Virus record (IMG/VR): IMGVR_UViG_3300043429_000173
Location: 1,489-65,488 of that record
Strand: one strand, 5' to 3'
DNA length: 64,000 nucleotides
Source of the DNA: a virus
Taxonomy: Duplodnaviria; Caudoviricetes
The position numbers were made by a program, and so were the translations under genes. Shown here in pieces: positions 56,728 to 64,000 of this stretch; positions within the stretch are counted from its first letter, which is position 1, and each line of letters begins with the position of its first letter. The notes below the pieces were generated by a model. That model was not told where the DNA came from, did no database searches, and saw only the letters and a program-made list of their open reading frames with translations.

Positions 56728-57180
56728 TTATTTACCTTTACCAAACGATGTCGTTGTGCGTTTCTCTTTAAATAGAGGCATACGTGCATCGTTCTCCTTC
56801 ATGAAGCTGTTGTCCACCGCTTCAGTCTGAGACTGAGTCTGTTTATTGTAATAAGCAGAACGTTGTTCAACAAATTCTTCTGGGGTTTTGCATAGTAGCA
56901 AACCGCCTACTTCAATTGAATCACTAAAGCGGCTATCTTGGTTTGCATATAAATGCACTTCAGGGTGATCCGACAATTTGACGGGTTCCCATCCTTCACG
57001 CATTTTTGAAGAAACGTTAGTGGCGTCAGCATTACCTGCCATGCTTGTACGAATCCAGCGATAAGCCCAACCCGGTTCTTTATTCACTTCAGGTAACAGC
57101 GCTGCTGGTGCCCAATGTGTTTGTCGTTGAAAGGTCTCGCGTGATTCTAATTCACGGTTTTGTCTTGTTGTATCGCTCAT
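56728..57180 (-). CDS. Conserved head-module protein
   Basis: YRWIR, REGWEPV, GGLLLCK. Confidence 0.7.
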   Translation of the reverse strand: MSDTTRQNRELESRETFQRQTHWAPAALLPEVNKEPGWAYRWIRTSMAGNADATNVSSKMREGWEPVKLSDHPEVHLYANQDSRFSDSIEVGGLLLCKTPEEFVEQRSAYYNKQTQSQTEAVDNSFMKENDARMPLFKEKRTTTSFGKGK

Positions 57181-58175
57181 TATCTATTCTCCAATTTCAG
57201 TGTCTCACGTGCATATTGTTCCGGGGTTAAACCAAACTTCTTAGCCAAAGCTAATTGTGATGTGGTCAATCGTACTTTTTTGGGCGCGGTACTACGCGTT
57301 ACCGGTGCAACAACGGTCGACGGTTTTGTGCGTTGGGCGGGTACTTCCTCGTCCAGCGAATCTTCCCATGAGTATTCTGGGAAACGTTTGCGCATCGTTT
57401 TATCGATGGTATTGTAATATTCATCTGAGGTTGGGCTAATGCCGCTCTTAACTAGCTTGTCATGCAATCCCAAAGCTAAACTAGTCATTTCCTCATCTGA
57501 TCCAAACCATTCATTTTCTGCCTGCCATGCAGTAGCTTTTTGATCCGGTTTGGGTACTTGGGATCGTTGTGGTTCTATATTTACATCATTCGTATCCTCT
57601 TGTAAAGCTTTTTCGTATTGAGGACGATAATTTTGTACTTGAGCAAGTTTCATCTGAGCAGAGTTTAAACGCTGTTGTGCGTCAATAATCTTCTCAGTAT
57701 CACCTGAATCATATGCTTCGCCGTATTCGCGTTTAGCTAGACTCATCTCATGTTCAGCAGCTTGTTTAGCCACTTCAATGTATGACTGCTCACCTGTGGT
57801 CAATGATGACTTCAAGCGTCTATTTTCTTCAATAATAGATTGGGCAAAGCGAACAGCCTCTTCACGCTCACGCGCAGCTGCTTCTTTCTCACGACGTTCA
57901 TCGTGCCAAACCTTTTTGAGTTGTGCCATACGCTCTTTAACGCGTTCGGAATACTCGGTCATCTCGTCTTTTTCAAGCTCCTCTACCAATTCTTTCGGTA
58001 GTGGCTTGCGGTCACGATCTTGTGCAGGGGTATCGTCAACAATATCTACTTCGACGTTATCACCTTCAGTATCAATCTCAACCTTAACTTCGTCTTGAGT
58101 TTCAGCACCGACTGTGTTTACTTCTTTTTCGTCAGGAAACTCGAACTCATCATCAAACTCTGGTTTTTTAGCCAT
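57180..58175 (-). CDS. Capsid scaffolding protein
   Basis: Acidic N-terminus, coiled coil, NEWFG, LTTSQ..LAKKFGLT.EQYA. Confidence 0.75.
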   Translation of the reverse strand: MAKKPEFDDEFEFPDEKEVNTVGAETQDEVKVEIDTEGDNVEVDIVDDTPAQDRDRKPLPKELVEELEKDEMTEYSERVKERMAQLKKVWHDERREKEAAAREREEAVRFAQSIIEENRRLKSSLTTGEQSYIEVAKQAAEHEMSLAKREYGEAYDSGDTEKIIDAQQRLNSAQMKLAQVQNYRPQYEKALQEDTNDVNIEPQRSQVPKPDQKATAWQAENEWFGSDEEMTSLALGLHDKLVKSGISPTSDEYYNTIDKTMRKRFPEYSWEDSLDEEVPAQRTKPSTVVAPVTRSTAPKKVRLTTSQLALAKKFGLTPEQYARETLKLENR

Positions 58176-58184
58176 TTTCTACTC

Positions 58185-58592
58185 CTAAGCGCGTGTATAG
58201 CCGCGTGGGTCATCAACTACACCCTCGACGGTATCATCGTTAATAATGCGGAACTCACGTCCGTGAATCTTGAAACGAGTGCCTGCATACGCACGGGTCA
58301 AGACAAAATCACCTTCTTTACACCATGGGCCTGTAGGAAACTTGTTTTCTTCTTTGTAGCAAAGGTCGCCCATTTTCAGGACAAACAATACTACAGTGCC
58401 ATTTTCCTCAATACGTTTAGTATCACTAGCTTTGACAATACCACTTTCATATTTGTCTTCAGCATCGGGTACTGCACATAAGATTCGATAGCCTTTTGGT
58501 TCAGGTAACTGAGTTGCACGTGGTTCTGGTTCTGGTGCGTCAGCAGCGATACCTGTTAAGTCAATTGCTTGACTTAGGTTTAGTTCACTCAT
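58185..58592 (-). CDS. groES: GroES/Cpn10-like co-chaperonin
   Basis: P.GYRIL, SGIV, V.KMG, EGDFV...YAGT, RIINDD.V. Confidence 0.8.
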   Translation of the reverse strand: MSELNLSQAIDLTGIAADAPEPEPRATQLPEPKGYRILCAVPDAEDKYESGIVKASDTKRIEENGTVVLFVLKMGDLCYKEENKFPTGPWCKEGDFVLTRAYAGTRFKIHGREFRIINDDTVEGVVDDPRGYTRA

Positions 58593-58776
58593 CCGAGTTC
58601 TCCATTCGTTTTGCGAGGTCTGAAATTAAAGACTGTGCGGTAAGTAGACCTCGAACCATACCGACAGAGTGTTTGTAGTCCTCAAAAGTCTTAGCTGAAC
58701 CGTCGCCAAGACTCTCAATAATTGCAGTGCGCTGATCTTCGATTTGTGCCATCAAATACTCTAGCGTGTCATTCAT
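58585..58776 (-). CDS. Small conserved protein
   Basis: Y...VG.VRGL motif, directly after portal. Confidence 0.7.
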   Translation of the reverse strand: MNDTLEYLMAQIEDQRTAIIESLGDGSAKTFEDYKHSVGMVRGLLTAQSLISDLAKRMENSDE

Positions 58777-58778
58777 AA

Positions 58779-61292
58779 TTATTCCTCAGTAGGTTGTTGC
58801 TGTTTACGATTTGCTCTTTGCGCCTCTTTGTTGGCTTCAATTTGAGCTTCTTGCACTTCACGATTACGCTCATCGCTTACTGCTTTCATTCCAGCTTTAA
58901 CCCCTTCAGCTAACTGTTTAGCCTGTAAGTTCTCTTTATCCTGTGCTGCTTTAGCTCCGATTTGAGCGCCAGCAATACGTTCTTGAGACTCGATACGCAT
59001 CTGTTCAATCTGTAAACGAACCTGATCAGCGGCAATATCAGCTTTAGTTTTCTCAGCTTTAAGTTGAATCTCTTGTGCTTTCAACTGTAGCTCAGCTTGT
59101 TGCATTTGGACGAGTGGGTCTTGTGCTTGTTGTTGAGCTTGCTGTTGTTGAACTTCACCTTGATTTTTAGCCAATAACTGTTGCGCAGCTTGTGCAAGCA
59201 ATGGTGACATTGTTGCTTCTGTTTCTTCAGGCATTGGGCTATCTGGATCAGGTAATGTTGCACCTAATTGTTCTTCTAGCTGACGACGATATTCAAACGC
59301 TAAGTGCTCGTTAATATGTGCCATCGCTGCTGCTTGAATTGCTTGCGCTTGTGGATTTTGTCCAATCATTTGTTGGATCTTCGGATCTTGCATCGCTGAC
59401 ATATGAACAGTGATATGCGCTTGGTGATCTTGATGTAAGAACGCCTTAGCTGGTTTACCATTGATAATGTTCATATTTTCAGAAACTGGATCTTTAGGTT
59501 TCTCTTCACCTGCACCTGGAATTAACTTACCAATATTCTTAACGCCTAATACTTCAAGCATCTGTTTGTTAAGCTCAACCAAGTCATAGATTTGTGGATT
59601 AGCTTGCGCCATTTGCATAACCGCTTGATACTGCACCACTTTTTGTGACATTGTTGCTGCATTTGGATCTGACACAGGAATAACTTCAACCATGTCATAA
59701 TCTGAACGTTTAGCCATACGATTACCTTCAACAGGATCGTAGCTATAGTCATCAGGTGTGTAGTCACGGATGATGCCAGAAAGCAACTTAAACTCTTGTT
59801 TCATTGCGTAGTGAATACGTGCTTGAACCGCACTCATCACTTTCAACGTGCGTTCTAAGATCGCTAAGGTTGTACCCACTGGGCTGTTAGCTGACATATC
59901 TGATACTTGCATATCAGCTGCGCTAGCAAACGCTTTACCCTCTTGGATAATCTGGTTCATCAATGATTGAAGAACTTGGCTTGGCTCTTTATATGGCAAC
60001 GGTAAGATGTTGTCACGGATCGTACCTGATGGCACATCCACGTCACGGAACTCCGCTGGAGCGATCGGCGTATCGTCACCCTTAATACGTAGGCCACGAG
60101 ATTTAAAGCCGCCCGGTAAGTTAGATAATGTACCTGCATCAACTAATTGACGTAGTAACATCGTGCCTGATTTAGCAGCTGCACCGATTAAGTGGATCAA
60201 CCCGAAACAGTAGAAGCCAAAACCCGGTATGTAACCGTAATGCACGAAGTGTTGACGTTTTTGACGTGTCTTATCGTTAGGATTCCAGTTACGACGGATT
60301 GATAATACCTCGCCAGTACCGCGTTCTAGTGTTACCACGTATGGTAATGCAATACCTGTAGGCTCTCCGTCCTCATCTACGTCCTCAAAGCCCGGTAAAT
60401 CAAGGTCTACATGCATCTCGAGAAGCTTATATCGGTCGTCCATTGTGGCGTTAAAGCCCATTTTTTCGGCGATTTTCTTCTCAACTTCTTCGATTGTATG
60501 GCTTGGTTCGCCTAATTCAATGTCACGATAGAAGCCTGCTACTTGTAGTTTGCGTAGTTCATTCTCTGTTTTACGCATTACATGCGTTACGCGAGGTGCT
60601 GTTTGTAAGCTAGATGCGCCATATGGCACAACAATATCTTCAGCGGGGATGTAAATAGCAACTTGACGTTCTAATGCAGGATCGTAGTACACCTTTTTAA
60701 ACGCGTTACCGCTTAATCCTAGGCCCCACAGCATGCGTTCATGTTCTGGACGGTACTCAGGCATCTCTTCTGTCAACTGATAGTTCATATCGTCTTTAAC
60801 ACGAACTGCAGCTTCTTCTTTAGCCTGTGTTTGTTTACCGATAATCTGAGTTTTAACTGGACCAGCAGCTGGGAAGGTCTCCATCATTGTTTCTGCTTGG
60901 AATTTAACCAATGCTTCAGCTAACAACGGATGATATACAGCGCAAGCCCCAGGCCATGGCTCTGTTCTATCTTCAACCTTCATTCCTAAGAGCTCAATAC
61001 CGTCAACGTAGGTATCTAACCATTCTTTACGTGAAGCAATATCCGAGTCGTAGTCGCCTAGTAAGTCACCTGAAAGCTGTGTTAACTCACCTTCATCCAT
61101 GTGCTCTGCTAAGTTATCATTGAACTCATCATCCATTTCATCACTTGGATCAAGCTCAATTGTCATTCCACCAGCAGTAATCTCTACTGATTCTGGGTCT
61201 TCAATTTCAATCTCAATATCGGGGGCACCCATTTTCTGCGCAATTTCTTGTATACCTTGTGGGGCCGCGTACAATCCTTTATCAATAGCCAT
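58779..61292 (-). CDS. Portal protein (P22-like, long Gln-rich C-terminal coil)
   Basis: 837 aa after TerL; AFKKVYYD, GFGFY..GLIH, PVGTT.A. Confidence 0.88.
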   Translation of the reverse strand: MAIDKGLYAAPQGIQEIAQKMGAPDIEIEIEDPESVEITAGGMTIELDPSDEMDDEFNDNLAEHMDEGELTQLSGDLLGDYDSDIASRKEWLDTYVDGIELLGMKVEDRTEPWPGACAVYHPLLAEALVKFQAETMMETFPAAGPVKTQIIGKQTQAKEEAAVRVKDDMNYQLTEEMPEYRPEHERMLWGLGLSGNAFKKVYYDPALERQVAIYIPAEDIVVPYGASSLQTAPRVTHVMRKTENELRKLQVAGFYRDIELGEPSHTIEEVEKKIAEKMGFNATMDDRYKLLEMHVDLDLPGFEDVDEDGEPTGIALPYVVTLERGTGEVLSIRRNWNPNDKTRQKRQHFVHYGYIPGFGFYCFGLIHLIGAAAKSGTMLLRQLVDAGTLSNLPGGFKSRGLRIKGDDTPIAPAEFRDVDVPSGTIRDNILPLPYKEPSQVLQSLMNQIIQEGKAFASAADMQVSDMSANSPVGTTLAILERTLKVMSAVQARIHYAMKQEFKLLSGIIRDYTPDDYSYDPVEGNRMAKRSDYDMVEVIPVSDPNAATMSQKVVQYQAVMQMAQANPQIYDLVELNKQMLEVLGVKNIGKLIPGAGEEKPKDPVSENMNIINGKPAKAFLHQDHQAHITVHMSAMQDPKIQQMIGQNPQAQAIQAAAMAHINEHLAFEYRRQLEEQLGATLPDPDSPMPEETEATMSPLLAQAAQQLLAKNQGEVQQQQAQQQAQDPLVQMQQAELQLKAQEIQLKAEKTKADIAADQVRLQIEQMRIESQERIAGAQIGAKAAQDKENLQAKQLAEGVKAGMKAVSDERNREVQEAQIEANKEAQRANRKQQQPTEE

Positions 61293-61306
61293 ATCTTTTC
61301 CTTAAT

Positions 61307-62872
61307 TTATAAAGCGTATAACGCTTTGCCTCTATACCGTCTAAATTCTTGCGGCTCATCGTCATAATCTGAGTGGAGTCTAATGAATCCCCCGTTTCGG
61401 AAACGCAGTAACGCTTGCGTGGTACTATCCACCAAGTCATCATGCTCGCCGTTTGGAAAATCTGAGCATTCTTCAATCACCTCTTCAGCCCACCTATGAC
61501 CACGGGGTGCCCAGACAATCCCTGATGCAAATATATCACTAACCGCGTTCACACGGGAAATTTTGTCATTACCTTTAGACGGGGTATATTCACTAACTGG
61601 TATCCCCATTGATCGTAACTCTTGGTAGAGTGCCGCTCCGTTAGACTTTTTCTCCACAATGAACGCATCAGGTTCCCATTCTTTCCATTCCTCGATCATC
61701 GTCCGTTTTAGTTCAGGAAACTCCATGCGTTGTTTCCACGCGTTCAACAAGATTATGTTTGCTCGACTGTGCCCTGTATCTGGGTCGTCCATGTAGAACA
61801 CACCCCATAGCGTACATGCATTATAGTCAGACCTGTTTGTCGCTTCTTGCGCCGCGTCCAAGCTCATTATCGTAAACTCACAGCTCGGTGGGTGATCCTT
61901 ATCCCAGTCTCTCCACCACTCTTTCTTGATCAGCGCCCCTTCTTCCGTTGTCGGGTTCTGCATGTACTGAGCGTTCCACAAGTGCGGCGCGATCGTGTTC
62001 TGTATCTTTTTTAACTCAGGCAGAGGCCAAAACTCAGGCCACAGTGACTCCTCGTGGTCAGTCCCGTCGTTAAATATCGCCGGAAACTCAATATACTCCC
62101 ACTGATCCGCCTCTGGGTTCTTTATCGAATAGTCTAGTAACCTACCGATCAAGTCCTTCTTACTCCACCGAGTATGCACGACAATAATCCCACCGCCCGG
62201 TTGTAGACGCTGACGTGGACCTGACATGTACCACTCCCACGCTTGGTCGAACACGTCCATGTTCCCGTTGATGATGTCCTGCTCGTTATGCGGGTCGTCA
62301 ATAATAAATATATCCGCACCCATACCTGCCGCCCCGGACCCAACACCTAGCGCGTTATACACGCCACCCTTGTTAGTGCCCCAACGCCCTGCTGATTTAG
62401 AGTCAGTCTGCAACTCAACATCACGGAATATGGTTTTGTAAGAGTCGCTGTCCACCAAGTTACGCACCTTACGACCGAAGTTAACTGCTAACTCCGTTTT
62501 ATGTGAGGCTTGCATGATCTTTTTCTCTGGGTAATTCCCGAGGAACCACGCTGGTAGTAGGTATGACGCAAACTCTGATTTCGTATGACGTGGAGGGAGA
62601 CTGATGGCTAACCGTTTGATCTCACCTCTAGCAACCGCCTCAAATTTCTCTGCCATGATCTTGTGGTGACGCCCACCGATAAACCCAGGCCACATTTGCT
62701 TCACAAAATCTAAAAAATTAACCTGTGATCGCTCACCTTGTTTGCGTTTCCGCAGTTCTGCCATCACTTTCCGAAAGTGCACTTGCTTTTCAGCAGGGAG
62801 TTTCCCAATATTAGCCTCCACCATGTTCAATTGCTCTGGTGTCATGCTCTCTAAGGTTACTCTAGACTCCAA
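61307..62872 (-). CDS. terL: Terminase large subunit
   Basis: PPRHTKSE, IIDDP, TRW, YMQNP, SLDAA, HDDLVDS. Confidence 0.93.
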   Translation of the reverse strand: MESRVTLESMTPEQLNMVEANIGKLPAEKQVHFRKVMAELRKRKQGERSQVNFLDFVKQMWPGFIGGRHHKIMAEKFEAVARGEIKRLAISLPPRHTKSEFASYLLPAWFLGNYPEKKIMQASHKTELAVNFGRKVRNLVDSDSYKTIFRDVELQTDSKSAGRWGTNKGGVYNALGVGSGAAGMGADIFIIDDPHNEQDIINGNMDVFDQAWEWYMSGPRQRLQPGGGIIVVHTRWSKKDLIGRLLDYSIKNPEADQWEYIEFPAIFNDGTDHEESLWPEFWPLPELKKIQNTIAPHLWNAQYMQNPTTEEGALIKKEWWRDWDKDHPPSCEFTIMSLDAAQEATNRSDYNACTLWGVFYMDDPDTGHSRANIILLNAWKQRMEFPELKRTMIEEWKEWEPDAFIVEKKSNGAALYQELRSMGIPVSEYTPSKGNDKISRVNAVSDIFASGIVWAPRGHRWAEEVIEECSDFPNGEHDDLVDSTTQALLRFRNGGFIRLHSDYDDEPQEFRRYRGKALYAL

Positions 62873-63470
62873 TCTGTATGTCCTTAATATTCACATCAGG
62901 CATATCGGCGTCTTTTGGTGACTCGTAAGTGTTTGTTTTTGGATTTAGTAGCAACTGTATCGTGTCCTCGAACTCTTTTTGCAGTTCTTCGGTCGTTTTA
63001 TGCTCGATTGTGACGATGCTACGCTCTGCAAACAGACCGACATCGCTGATTTTACCTAGTAGCTCTAGCGCTTTGATGCGCTCACTGGCTTTTTCAGCAG
63101 TTGAAGCTTCTAATAGTAACTTATTGGTGACTACCCTACGCATCTGTACCGCATCACGAACGACCTCATGGTCAAATTCCGTCATCATTGCAGCAAGGTG
63201 AAGGATTATATCGGGTTTATCTTTGTGATCTTCGTATGGTTCACGGTCTAGCAGGATCTCGGCAGCGATCATATCGCCATTTGGGGTGTCGTCAACCTGC
63301 ATGCCGTGCTGCATTAGCTCCATAATGGTTCTAGCTTTAGCACGCACTTCTTCTCGATACGAAACATCCTTGGCAAACAGGACGTCTGACTCCGATACTC
63401 TTTCAAGCTCGGGATGGTATGGCTCCGGATTCTCCGGATCAAAGTTTAATAGCTGGTTTATGTTCTGCAT
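62862..63470 (-). CDS. terS: Probable terminase small subunit
   Basis: Immediately upstream of TerL; RIKALELLGK..DVGLF. Confidence 0.65.
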   Translation of the reverse strand: MQNINQLLNFDPENPEPYHPELERVSESDVLFAKDVSYREEVRAKARTIMELMQHGMQVDDTPNGDMIAAEILLDREPYEDHKDKPDIILHLAAMMTEFDHEVVRDAVQMRRVVTNKLLLEASTAEKASERIKALELLGKISDVGLFAERSIVTIEHKTTEELQKEFEDTIQLLLNPKTNTYESPKDADMPDVNIKDIQIGV

Positions 63471-63507
63471 AAAGCCTTATTTGCATGAGAGGACTCAAGT
63501 TAGCCGG

Positions 63508-63536
63508 ACTATAGCAGGGATTATTAGGGGTGTAAA
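63508..63536 (-). promoter_or_regulatory. Promoter for the packaging/structural arm
   Basis: TTTACA, 17 bp, TATAGT with extended -10 TG. Confidence 0.7.
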
Positions 63537-63628
63537 GGGTGAGTGCAGATTTGGTAGTTGTTTCACGCTAATAAGAAAGCCGAAAAAGTCTTAGCTTACT
63601 ACATCCTCTGAGGTCGGCTTAACCACCC
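63537..63628 (-). ncRNA. Candidate pseudoknotted RNA
   Basis: Four nested stems plus a 7-bp pseudoknot; TATACT -10 at 63642-63637; strand inferred from the -10. Confidence 0.45.
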
Positions 63629-63908
63629 ACTGAAATAGTATATCCGCATTTTTGTTTTTGGGTCCCCTTGACGGGGGGTTTCCGCGATTTTGTGATGTAG
63701 GATGGACGTGTATATTTTGAAGGGGGGTGGGGGGTATCACGTATTATTTTTGTAAGAGATGTTTGTGAGGTAGGTGTTGGTGATTATTGAGGAATTTGGT
63801 GATGATTTGTGTAAAACAGAGCGCACTAGGTGGCGGATGGGACCCAAACATAAGTTGGGGGGTGGGGTACGGGTGGGGTCGAGGGGGTAAATAAAGTTAC
63901 GAAAAGGG

Positions 63909-63936
63909 TTGACATGGATTGAAAAATCTATATAAT
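63909..63936 (+). promoter_or_regulatory. Sigma70 promoter firing out of the window
   Basis: TTGACA (63909-14), 16 bp, TATAAT (63931-36); RBS TTACTTTGGAGA at 63980-91. Confidence 0.85.
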
Positions 63937-64000
63937 GGGAACTGTTGATGAGGCGCAAGCAATTCAACAAACCTTTTAATTACTTTGGAGATATATCAAA

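Noticed and set aside
1-64000. tRNA genes, stop-codon reassignment, inteins
   Set aside because: No cloverleaf seen in the few intergenic gaps by eye (tRNAscan not run); core genes are full length in code 11 with normal sizes.

Overview
The window is most of a tailed dsDNA phage genome, probably podovirus-like: no tape-measure, sheath or RNA polymerase gene was recognised. It has two convergent arms. The + arm (about 0.35-22.5 kb) starts at a consensus sigma70 promoter. It carries a MoxR-like AAA ATPase / metallopeptidase-vWA module, many small accessory ORFs and a replication block (VRR-NUC nuclease, family A polymerase, Cas4-like exonuclease, HNH, SNF2 helicase, HTH, probable SSB, primase-helicase). 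The - arm (63.5 to 22.6 kb) runs terminase, portal, GroES-like protein, scaffold, Mu gpT-like capsid, small basic proteins, adaptors, many fibre and Gly-rich proteins with an embedded 2OG-Fe(II) oxygenase, an exported Cys-rich cassette, holin and lysozyme, nozzle and ejection proteins, ending in a 2005-aa polyvalent-type protein. The most striking unexplained signal is non-coding. (1) A candidate ~72-nt three-hairpin sRNA at the convergence point (about 22502-22573) has a loop that is the exact reverse complement of the extended RBS of at least six early genes. (2) An 18-bp palindromic operator occurs six times in the first 5.3 kb, and three copies abut those same RBSs. (3) Four further structured, pseudoknot-capable RNA candidates lie in the early leader, the primase leader, downstream of the capsid gene and upstream of terS. 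All family assignments come from motif recognition by eye; no searches or folding programs were run.
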